From: Methanobacteriota archaeon
GTDB taxonomy: Archaea; Halobacteriota; Bog-38; Methanoflorentales; Methanoflorentaceae
Length of the DNA: 64,000 bases
Assembly: GCA_963720465.1 (NCBI GenBank)
Contig: OY970393.1
Coordinates: forward strand, 1,120,001-1,184,000
Direction: 5' to 3'
This document shows, piece by piece, positions 51,531 to 60,559 of the stretch (the stretch's first letter is position 1; the number at the start of each line of letters is the position of its first letter). The position numbers were made by a program, and so were the translations under genes. Under the pieces are notes generated by a model. It was not told the DNA's origin. It saw only the letters and a program-made list of their open reading frames with translations, and made no database searches.

Positions 51531-54500
51531 CTAATGAACGATGATCGTCAGAACCGGGCTCGTTGTCGATGCTTGGTAGGAGCTGTCGCCGGCGAAAGTG
51601 GCGTAGTAGGTGCGTGTGCCGGGAGAGCCGAAGCTCGTGGTGACGGTGATTTGGCCGGTGGCGTTGGTGGTGTTGGTGGTGTCGTTGTAGCGGACGTTGT
51701 TGAGGTAGTGGTAGATGGTGACGTTTTCTCCTGAGAGAGGGGTTCCACTGCTCGTCAAAGTGGCGTTGAAGGTGACGGATTGGTTGACGGTGGGGGTGGT
51801 GGTGGACGCGGTGAGGGTTACGCTCGTTTGAGGCTTGGCAGTGACGTTGACTGTGACGACGCTGCTCGTTGAGTTCTGATAGGAGCTGTCGCCGGCGAAA
51901 GTGGCGTAGTAGGTGCGTGTGCCGGGAGAGCCGAAGCTCGTGGTGACGGTGATTTGGCCGGTGGCGTTGGTGGTGTTGGTGGTGTCGTTGTAGCGGACGT
52001 TGTTGAGGTAGTGGTAGATGGTGACGTTCTCAGACGGGAGGGGGGTTCCACTGCTCGTCAAAGTGGCGTTGAAGGTGACGGATTGGTTGACGACGGGAGT
52101 GGTGGTGGACCCGGTGAGGGTGAGCGCGTTCGCCGCCTTGGTGACGTTGACGGTGACGACGCTGCTCGTAGCGTTGGTGTAGGTGGCGTTGCCGTCATAG
52201 GCGGTGCGGTAGTAGTAGAGGTTCGCCGCCGACTCGTTGTTACTGAATTGGTAAGCACCGGTCGGGTTCGTCACGTTCGTCGTGACGTTGCTCCACGCGG
52301 CGTTGTTCGTGGAACGTTGCAACGTTATAGTCGCGTTACCTATCCCAACGGCGCTGGCGCTCAACATGCCGTTAATCGTGAAGTTCTGCTTCGTCAGTGC
52401 AGATGCTGGCGCGGCAATAGTGAGCGCGTTCGCCGCCTTGGTGACGGTGATGACGTTGACGGTGACGACACTGCTCGTCGATGCTTGGTAGGAGCTGTCG
52501 CCGGCGAAGGTGGCGTAGTAGGTGCGTGTGCCGGGAGAGCCAAAGTTTGTGGTGACGGTGATCTGACCGGTGGAGTTGGTGACGTTGGTGGTGTCGTTGT
52601 AGCGGACGTTGTTGAGGTAGTGGTAGATGGTGACGTTTTCTCCTGAGAGGGGCGTTGTGGCGTTACTCAAGGTGGCGTTGAAGGTGACGGGTTGGTTGAC
52701 CGTGGGAGTGGTGGTGGACGCGGCGAGGGTGAGGGTGGTCGGCATCTTGGTTACGTTGACGGTGACCGTGTTGCTCGTGGCGTTGCCGTCATAGGCGGTG
52801 CGGTAGTAGTAGGTGCCCGCAGCCGACTCGTTGTTGCTGAACTGGTAGCCGCCCGTCGTGTTCGTCAGGTTCGTCGTGACGTTCGTCCACGCGGCGTTGT
52901 TCGTGGAACGTTGCAACGTTATAGTCGCATTCGCAGTGCCTGTCGTACCGGTGCTCAGCGCTCCGTTTATCGTGAAGTTCTGCTTGATGGTAACCGTCGT
53001 CGGTGAGGCACTCGCCGTAAGGGAGAAGGAGGATTGCGACTCAAACGCGTGAATGTTGGCGACATAGGAGTTTGTTGCGCCGTAGGCTACTGCTAGGTCG
53101 CTCCACGTCGTTCCGTCTAGACTTTCGAAGCTTTGCCCGGCTACAGCATTTGGCGCGTTGCTATCATAGCCAGACACCCGCTGCTGTACAGGAAGCGGAT
53201 AGTCGTCTCCTGGCGTACTGAACTTGATCACGACAGCAAACGTCTCACCCTTCGTCAGATTCACAGTCGGGCTCAGGCTCTCGGTGTAGTACCCTGCATA
53301 AGAGACCGTGCCCGAGATGGTCGACATAAGGGTACCGCTCGTCGGGATGTTGGAGTTTGTGGGGTTAACGTAGACCTGTGCCGTATACTGGGTTCCCTGG
53401 ACGGGTGCCCAGAAGCTTACCGCTTTAAGCGTCCCAGTGGAGTTGGCCGTAAAGACGTTCGCTCCGTAGGCGGTAGGAGAAGACCCCGATCCAATGGTGC
53501 TTTCCATTCCAAAGGGGTCATACTGGTAATTCGCCGTGTAGTTCGTCGTTGGTTCAGCGGTGAAGACCGTGTTTTCCCGGTAGCCCATGTTGAGGTCGTA
53601 GTACGACACGTAGAAGTACCCGGACTGACCAAACTGCGTGCCCCAGCTGTTCTTGCAGATCCATGCACCGTTTCCGGGCGGGGTTGCAGAGAAGTTCTTC
53701 GCGGAGAAGTTATCATTCCAGCCCACTATGGTCACAGCGTGGTTGGCTCCCGTTGTGCTCCCATCGTAGTAGGCCGCTGTCGCTTGATTCCAATAGGAGG
53801 TGGTTGAAGAGGCAGCCCCCTCCCACTGGAAGGCGGTATATACGCCGCCATACGTCATCAGCGCAGACTTTATGGCGTTGTTGTCCAGTGCTGACTGCTT
53901 CAGCGGCAGGAAATACACGTTTTGAACGTGCATCGCTATCTGAGACGTGGTCGCACTGGAGGTGCACGACGAATCACTGTATGGGTCAGACGCGCTCGTC
54001 ACCGGCCCTCCGTGGATCGTGGAGCCAGTGGCATCCGTCTGGGTGGTGCCCCACCGGGCGAGGTAGGCGGTTGACATCGCTGAATCGCCGCCGGCACAGC
54101 ACGTGTAGTCGAAATCGGCTAAGTTCTTTAGGTTGTTCTCTGAATATTGCGTGGTCACCCCAGGCAACAGATACGATTCGAGCGAGCCGAACGTGGCAAA
54201 CGTCCAGCAGCTTCCGCACTGGCCCTGATTCTCCACAGGGCTCACCTTGTTTAAGGTGCGAAGGTCGTACGTCGTCGGGTACTGCTGCGCCTGCGCAAGG
54301 CTTGTAGCGGTGGGCAGTTTCGAAAGTTCATAGGGTGGCGGGACCCATCCGAGACCGAGTCCGTCAACGGTTTGCGTCGCCACTTTTCCGGCCGACTTGT
54401 TCTGCTGATATTGCACAAAGGCGGGGTTTAGCGGCTCTTTCTGCAGCGCTACCGGAAGCGACGCGCTTGTCTGCGCAACGGGGGCGCTGCTGTTATTTTG

Positions 54501-54584
54501 TGCGAGCACCAGCCCCGTGGTTCCCAGAGAACCTAACAGAAGGATCACCAGGACGAGTGCGGCCCATTTTGTTCGTAATTGCAT
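51531..54584 (-). CDS. Secreted papain-family (C1A) cysteine peptidase + lectin-like domain + 5 stalk repeats (B-A-B-A-A)
   Basis: PLNPAF propeptide, YDLR, QGQCGSCWTF, NHAVTIVGW, KNSWG, GYFYVSY, then YQYDPFG...GQSF lectin-like domain; likely ATG 54584. Confidence 0.92.
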   Translation of the reverse strand: MQLRTKWAALVLVILLLGSLGTTGLVLAQNNSSAPVAQTSASLPVALQKEPLNPAFVQYQQNKSAGKVATQTVDGLGLGWVPPPYELSKLPTATSLAQAQQYPTTYDLRTLNKVSPVENQGQCGSCWTFATFGSLESYLLPGVTTQYSENNLKNLADFDYTCCAGGDSAMSTAYLARWGTTQTDATGSTIHGGPVTSASDPYSDSSCTSSATTSQIAMHVQNVYFLPLKQSALDNNAIKSALMTYGGVYTAFQWEGAASSTTSYWNQATAAYYDGSTTGANHAVTIVGWNDNFSAKNFSATPPGNGAWICKNSWGTQFGQSGYFYVSYYDLNMGYRENTVFTAEPTTNYTANYQYDPFGMESTIGSGSSPTAYGANVFTANSTGTLKAVSFWAPVQGTQYTAQVYVNPTNSNIPTSGTLMSTISGTVSYAGYYTESLSPTVNLTKGETFAVVIKFSTPGDDYPLPVQQRVSGYDSNAPNAVAGQSFESLDGTTWSDLAVAYGATNSYVANIHAFESQSSFSLTASASPTTVTIKQNFTINGALSTGTTGTANATITLQRSTNNAAWTNVTTNLTNTTGGYQFSNNESAAGTYYYRTAYDGNATSNTVTVNVTKMPTTLTLAASTTTPTVNQPVTFNATLSNATTPLSGENVTIYHYLNNVRYNDTTNVTNSTGQITVTTNFGSPGTRTYYATFAGDSSYQASTSSVVTVNVITVTKAANALTIAAPASALTKQNFTINGMLSASAVGIGNATITLQRSTNNAAWSNVTTNVTNPTGAYQFSNNESAANLYYYRTAYDGNATYTNATSSVVTVNVTKAANALTLTGSTTTPVVNQSVTFNATLTSSGTPLPSENVTIYHYLNNVRYNDTTNTTNATGQITVTTSFGSPGTRTYYATFAGDSSYQNSTSSVVTVNVTAKPQTSVTLTASTTTPTVNQSVTFNATLTSSGTPLSGENVTIYHYLNNVRYNDTTNTTNATGQITVTTSFGSPGTRTYYATFAGDSSYQASTTSPVLTIIVH

Positions 54585-54941
54585 TTGATCGCCGACGTGG
54601 TATCGTTCGGTTAGTCTTACGTGCGACAACGGTTGTTGTTGGCCATCGTGCTTCGGTTACTTTCTACGCACGTCCAACCGACACACTTATGCGCGATTTC
54701 GCGGTGAACTCGGTATACCGTTCTGCTTCCCTACGGAAGTGCTTTGCGGCAGACGCAGGGTGTCGCGGCCCTAAGGTGCCGCTCGCAATGCTTAATCACT
54801 TTACGTTCTACACATAAAGCATTATCACGCGCACCTGTGCGCCGCAGAAGCTCGCTCGGAAGCATGGTCGTGGTGAAGCGGTGGCATTCAAAGAAGCTGG
54901 CCAGAAAGCCTCTCAAGAGTGCAAAACAAGTAACTTGATGG

Positions 54942-55127
54942 TTAGCGAACAGCTTCGCCGTTGCGTTCGAGGAGCCACATAACCAAAACGAATAGCGCGA
55001 TCCCAACCCCCATGACGGGTCGCGTCAAAATATCAACGAAGCGCTCTTTTAGCCGATCAAGCCATCCGATCTCGGCTTCAAAAGGCGCATCAATGACGTG
55101 CCTCGAATCAATTTCGTATTTTTCCAT
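54942..55127 (-). CDS. Small protein with C-terminal TM helix
   Basis: 61 aa with hydrophobic VMGVGIALFVLVMWLL; TTTATATAA box ~50 bp upstream. Confidence 0.45.
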   Translation of the reverse strand: MEKYEIDSRHVIDAPFEAEIGWLDRLKERFVDILTRPVMGVGIALFVLVMWLLERNGEAVR

Positions 55128-55851
55128 AGCACTGTCTTCCGGTCGAAAGCCCTTTTTAATCGTCTCATTGCGTATTATATAAATCTTGCGAAAATAACTA
55201 ATACAAGATCAACAAAGTTTGTCAATATTGTCTTTTGATGACAACTCGCCGACATATCTGATCTCTAACGGTAGTCGAGCAGATGACCGCAAATGCCCGG
55301 GCGTTGGTGGGGTGGCGTCCGCAACTCCATAAAACACGCTTTCATTTCGTCGCCTTTCAAAGCACGCCCCTCGTAATCCGAATCATAGCAACCGCGAGTG
55401 CCACGCGAAACGCTCTGTCGCAAAAAGTGCGGAGATCAGCCTCATTAGCAACGAAAGAAGCTCCACATTGCACGCTTTTTATCCGCTGTTAGAGCGGCAC
55501 TATGTGTCGACGTGAGCAGCAAAGAGATTACAGATAGCCTATTTCTTGTGGCCTGTGTAAGTCCGGGGTTGGATTGCGTTCACAGAGGTGTTTGTGCTGA
55601 CTGTGACAACCCCTCTGCAAGAACACGCTAAAAGTTGAAGAAAGAGGAAAGAACACCTTTTCGCGACCTGTTAATTCGCAGTTACTGTCACGGTAGCGAG
55701 CCTGGTTGCCATCAAGTGGGCATTGCCCCCCTTGAAACTCAAAGGTGGCAGCTTAAGGCCCTTTCCCGACGAGCAAATAGCAGCCGGTGCGTAGATCTTC
55801 GCAGTCGACTCGTGTTTCGTGCACAAAAACGCTTTGGCTAGCGTGTCTGCA

Positions 55852-57990
55852 CTATTGAACGGTGATCGTCACGACGGTGCTTGTCGATGTTAGATAGGTG
55901 CTGTCACCGGCGAAGGTGGCGTAGTAGGTGCGTGTGCCGGGGGAGCCGAAGCTCGTGGTGACGGAGATCTGGCCGGTGGCGTTGGTGGTGTTGGTCGTGT
56001 CGTTGTAGCGGACGTTGTTGAGGTAGTGGTAGATAGTGACGGACTCAGACGGGAGGGGGGTTCCACTGCTCGTCAAGGTGGCGTTGAAGGTGACAGGTTG
56101 GTTGACGGCGGGGGTGGTGGTGGACGGAGTGAGCGTGAGCGCGGTCGGCGTCTTGGTGACGTTGGTGACGTTGACGGTCACGACAATGCTTGTCGATGCT
56201 TGATAGGAGCTGTCACCGGCGAAGGTGGCGTAGTAGGTGCGTGTGCCGGGGGAGCCGAAGCTCGTGGTGACGGAGATCTGGCCGGTGGCGTTGGTGGTGT
56301 TGGTCGTGTCGTTGTAGCGGACGTTGTTGAGGTAGTGGTAGATAGTGACGGACTCAGACGGGAGGGGGGTTCCACTGCTCGTCAAGGTGGCGTTGAAGGT
56401 GACAGGTTGGTTGACGGCGGGGGTGGTGGTGGACGGAGTGAGCGTGAGCGCGGTCGGCGTCTTGGTGACGTTGGTGACGTTGACGGTCACGACAATGCTT
56501 GTCGATGCTTGATAGGAGCTGTCACCGGCGAAGGTGGCGTAGTAGGTGCGTTGTCCGGTGGAGCCAAAGCTTGTTGTGACGGTGATCTGACCGGTGGTGT
56601 TGGTGGTGTTGGTGGTGTCGTTGTAGCGGGTGGTGCTCGTGCCGATGTAGTGGTAGATCGTGACGTTCTCTCCTGAGAGTGGTGTTGTGCCGTTACTCAA
56701 GGTGGCATTGAAGGTGACCTGCTGATTGACGGCGGGGGTGGAGTTGGACGCGGTGAGGGTGAGGTTCGTCGCCGTCCTCTGCGTTGCAGTGGCTGTCGCC
56801 ACCATAAGCGTTAAGAGATGATACGAACTGTCAAGCGTGTTTACGAGGAAGGTGCCGTTTGGGTCAGTGAGTTGTGATGAGATCGCGTGCTCAAACGAAT
56901 CTTCAAATGATGTGCTATAAACTGGGAATGCTGATGACCACGAGTTATTATGCCTCACCGCGCAGTAAAGCGTGTTGTACGCCGTCCATGTGACTAGTAT
57001 ATCGCCATTGGTTGGGTTAAACGTCAGCATCGGCGACGAAACCGCTGGCTCTGCGCCGGTTGCGAGCACGACTTCGGGGGCCCACGTGCCATTCGCGTTG
57101 CGTTGTGCGTAGCGGATTTGTCCCGTCGTGGACTGATACACAAGGTGAACGATGCCGTCACCGAGACCGTCAGCAAAAATACGCCCGACGTAGGTGTTTG
57201 CATTGCTTGCGGTGTCTTCCACGGGTAGTGCGGTGATATTTCCTTCTGCGGTGAACGTGGAGCTGCCTGTGGTGCTTATATACCCTAGTGAGCGTATATT
57301 ATAGCCCCATTCATAATTCACCGTATATACCCCGCCATTGGAAAGCGGCGCTAAGATTTGATTACCTAGGAGATGGACAGGAAATCCCGACGCCGTAGCC
57401 CACGTCCCATCAGTCTTGGTATTCTTTGTAATCCAATCATTATAGCCTATCCACAGGTGCTGATTCGTGTCGATAACCATATTCGGGTCGCTTACCATAA
57501 CGGACGAGGCTATAGCAGTTTGCCAAGGCTGGTCCCAACTTATCGTTCCGTTTGACTGCAGAGAGCCACGCCGTACAATAAAGCCATAATTACCGTTGCT
57601 ACTGAGTGATGCATCAGATAGTCCAACCCACACTTTGTTATTGGTCGAGTCATACGAGACGGTAAAAACTGCGTCGTAGGCAACGTTATGGCCTAACGAC
57701 GTTGGGGACGACCACGTAGCGCCGCCGTCTGACGATGTGATATAACTGAGTGATCCGGTGCCCGCGTTCTTGGAATACGCGCCATAAAAAAACCACCACA
57801 ACCCCGCAGCGTAAAAGCTCTTGCGTTGATGGGGCAGTCTCGACACGGCCCCGTCGCCGGCGACGGTTTCGATGATAGAGACTTTAGATACGGCGACGTT
57901 AGAGGTCGCTGAAACCGTGGCTAGTTCAGCGAAGAGCGTCGTAATAAGCAGCACCGCCACAATAAAGGAGAACAATCTTGCGTGTGACAT
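55852..57990 (-). CDS. Secreted Asp-box (BNR) beta-propeller-like protein + 3 type-A stalk repeats
   Basis: Signal MSHARLFSFIVAVLL; SSDGGATWS Asp-box; beta-rich blades; perfect 309-bp tandem at ~55901-56550. Confidence 0.8.
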   Translation of the reverse strand: MSHARLFSFIVAVLLITTLFAELATVSATSNVAVSKVSIIETVAGDGAVSRLPHQRKSFYAAGLWWFFYGAYSKNAGTGSLSYITSSDGGATWSSPTSLGHNVAYDAVFTVSYDSTNNKVWVGLSDASLSSNGNYGFIVRRGSLQSNGTISWDQPWQTAIASSVMVSDPNMVIDTNQHLWIGYNDWITKNTKTDGTWATASGFPVHLLGNQILAPLSNGGVYTVNYEWGYNIRSLGYISTTGSSTFTAEGNITALPVEDTASNANTYVGRIFADGLGDGIVHLVYQSTTGQIRYAQRNANGTWAPEVVLATGAEPAVSSPMLTFNPTNGDILVTWTAYNTLYCAVRHNNSWSSAFPVYSTSFEDSFEHAISSQLTDPNGTFLVNTLDSSYHLLTLMVATATATQRTATNLTLTASNSTPAVNQQVTFNATLSNGTTPLSGENVTIYHYIGTSTTRYNDTTNTTNTTGQITVTTSFGSTGQRTYYATFAGDSSYQASTSIVVTVNVTNVTKTPTALTLTPSTTTPAVNQPVTFNATLTSSGTPLPSESVTIYHYLNNVRYNDTTNTTNATGQISVTTSFGSPGTRTYYATFAGDSSYQASTSIVVTVNVTNVTKTPTALTLTPSTTTPAVNQPVTFNATLTSSGTPLPSESVTIYHYLNNVRYNDTTNTTNATGQISVTTSFGSPGTRTYYATFAGDSTYLTSTSTVVTITVQ

Positions 57991-58158
57991 ACGCGTCTCG
58001 CATCGCAAACGACTTGACGCATGAAAACGTGTCAGAAGATATCATAAAGGCTGCGGTTTGAGGACATTCTAGTTTAAACGTAACGTATCTGTGCGATTCA
58101 ATGACGCTGCTATGCAAGGCGCTGTATCAGGACGCAGTTGTGAGGGTTCTAGTCTGTT

Positions 58159-59700
58159 TTACGTCACCTTCACCTTCACCGGAGCGCTCGTCGTGGACTG
58201 ATACGTCGCCGTCCCCGCGTATGACGCTCCGTAGGAGTAGATGCCATTCGTCGTCTCCTTCACCGAGAAAGTGTAGGCGCCCAGGGCTACGGCGGAGTTA
58301 TTTGTTTTCGTGGTGGCTACGGTGGTGTCGTACTTGCCACTGGTAGCGGAGTATTCAAGGAGGGTGAGGGTCGCGTTCCCGATACCCGTGTGATTGGTAG
58401 TGGCATTGTCAGTGAGCCTGCCCTGCACTTGAAAGGTCGTGTACACGCTCGCGGTCGCGGCGGCGGTGGCGTTAAGTGATGTGGGGTGCTTGACGCTCAC
58501 CATAAGCGCTAAGAGGTGATATGAACTATCAAGGGTGTTTACGAGGAAGGTGCCGCTTGGGTCAGTGAGTTGCGACGAGATCGCATGCTCAAACGAGTGC
58601 TCAAATGATGTGCTATAAACTGGGAATGCTGATGACCACGAGTTATTATGCCTCACCGCGCAGTAAAGCGTGTTGTACGCCGTCCATGTGACTAGTATAT
58701 CGCCATTGGTTGGGTTAAACGTCAGCATCGGCGACGAAACCGCTGGCTCTGCGCCGGTTGCGAGCACGACTTCGGGGGCCCACGTGCCATTCGCGTTGCG
58801 TTGTGCGTAGCGGATTTGTCCCGTCGTGGACTGATACACAAGGTGAACGATGCCGTCACCGAGACCGTCAGCAAAAATACGCCCGACGTAGGTGTTTGCA
58901 TTGCTTGCGGTGTCTTCCACGGGTAGTGCGGTGATATTTCCTTCTGCGGTGAACGTGGAGCTGCCTGTGGTGCTTATATACCCTAGTGAGCGTCCGTTCA
59001 CATCCCAAACGTAATTCACCGTATATACTCCACCGTCAGAAAGCGGCGCTAAAATCTGGTTGCCAGTCAGATGGACGGGAAATCCAGATGCCGTAGCCCA
59101 CGTGCCATTGGTGTTGGCGTTCTTTGTAATCGTGTTATTATAGCCTATCCAAAGGTGCTGATTTGTGTCAATGACCATATTGGGATCGCTCACAGCGGTT
59201 GTTGCCGCGATAGCAGTTTGCCAAGGCTGGTCCCAAGTTATCGTTCCGTTTGACTGCGGAGAGCCACATCGTACGATAAAACCGTAATTACCGTTGCTAC
59301 TGAGTGATGCATCAGATAGTCCAACCCACACTTTGTTATTGGTCGAGTCATACGAGACGGTAAAAACTGCGTCGTAGGCAACGTTATGGCCTAACGACGT
59401 TGGAGACGACCACGTAGCGCCGCCATCCGAGGATGTGATATAACTGAGTGATCCAGGAGCGTCGTCGGGGTATGCGCCATAAAAAAACCACCATAACCCC
59501 GCAGCGTAAAAGCTCTTGCGTTGATGGGGTACTCTCGAAACCGGCGCGTCGCCTACCCTGCCGGTTGTGATGATAGCGACGTGAGATACTGCGAAGTTAG
59601 AGGTCGCCGGAACCGTAGCTAGTTCAGCGAAGAGCGCGGCGATAAGCAGCACCGCCACAATTGCCGCCACAATTAAGGAAAACAATCTTTTGTGCGACAT
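58159..59700 (-). CDS. Paralogous Asp-box propeller-like protein + single divergent Ig domain
   Basis: Head nearly identical to that of 55852..57990; C-terminus differs after YHLL.LMV. Confidence 0.82.
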   Translation of the reverse strand: MSHKRLFSLIVAAIVAVLLIAALFAELATVPATSNFAVSHVAIITTGRVGDAPVSRVPHQRKSFYAAGLWWFFYGAYPDDAPGSLSYITSSDGGATWSSPTSLGHNVAYDAVFTVSYDSTNNKVWVGLSDASLSSNGNYGFIVRCGSPQSNGTITWDQPWQTAIAATTAVSDPNMVIDTNQHLWIGYNNTITKNANTNGTWATASGFPVHLTGNQILAPLSDGGVYTVNYVWDVNGRSLGYISTTGSSTFTAEGNITALPVEDTASNANTYVGRIFADGLGDGIVHLVYQSTTGQIRYAQRNANGTWAPEVVLATGAEPAVSSPMLTFNPTNGDILVTWTAYNTLYCAVRHNNSWSSAFPVYSTSFEHSFEHAISSQLTDPSGTFLVNTLDSSYHLLALMVSVKHPTSLNATAAATASVYTTFQVQGRLTDNATTNHTGIGNATLTLLEYSATSGKYDTTVATTKTNNSAVALGAYTFSVKETTNGIYSYGASYAGTATYQSTTSAPVKVKVT

Positions 59701-60280
59701 GGGCAGACAAAATGACTTGAGGAATGAAAAAGCGAAGGAGCGCAGATAAAGATTGTGGTGTGACGTAGCTCACAAAAAAATAGAACCGCGTGCAATCGCA
59801 TAAAAAACTATTATTTTTTCAGCACGCGGATTAGGCTCTCGATGGGCTGTTTCCAAAAAATGTGATTACGATGAGCCGCCAAATGTGACAAATTACGTGC
59901 ATTGGAGGCTGAGAGTCGACAAAGAGCGCTTTTTATATAGCGACGGATCCCGCGTCCGCGTATTTTTCGTGGACCAGTCGCACAACCGCAGAAACAGTGG
60001 GAGTAACAAAAGACGAATTTCTCAGAAAACACTGCGCATCTGCGTTGGGGAGCTGCAGCACTTGGATAAGAGCCGAACCTGCGATCCCCATCTGCCCCCT
60101 CAAATAAGTATCGGCCGCGAATTTCTCAGCGTTTTTCAAGTAAGCGGGCGGCCGCAGTGCAAGCGCTTCAAGCCGTTGCGGCACAGCCGTTGCTTTGACG
60201 CAACGCCCTCTCAGTGCAGTGCTGTCAAACAAGGACGATTGGGGTAAAGTGCTTTATGCTAGAGGCACAATGGTTCTGGT

Positions 60281-60559
60281 ATGTCAGTGATACTCACGCT
60301 GACGGCGACTACGACCGGCGGCGCGATGACCTCTACGACGTCTGGGATTGCACTGCCAGTCATACTGGAAGGCGCCGCTATTGCCAGCATAGCGCTTCTC
60401 GCGTCACTTGTCGCCACTGAACTGCTATCGTCGCGCGAAGGATGGACCTTCCCTTTTCGCTATAGCAAGAAGGCAGCCGCAGCGGTGCTCTGGATCAATG
60501 TGACGCTCCTGATCATCTTTTGCGTCTCTGTGGCATTCAATGCGGCACAGCTAGTATAG
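60281..60559 (+). CDS. Small membrane protein with Thr/Ser-rich N-terminus
   Basis: TLTATTTGGAMTSTTSG, then two hydrophobic helices; ctttat box ~30 bp upstream; overlaps the CPBP stop convergently. Confidence 0.65.
   Translation: MSVILTLTATTTGGAMTSTTSGIALPVILEGAAIASIALLASLVATELLSSREGWTFPFRYSKKAAAAVLWINVTLLIIFCVSVAFNAAQLV

Noticed and set aside
43500-56800. Diversity-generating retroelement or shufflon explanation for the repeats
   Set aside because: No reverse transcriptase in the window, differences are not adenine-specific, and all repeats are direct rather than inverted.
55852-59700. Calling the propellers sialidases because neuB/neuC are nearby
   Set aside because: Only one clear Asp-box and no recognisable RIP motif or Arg triad; function left open.
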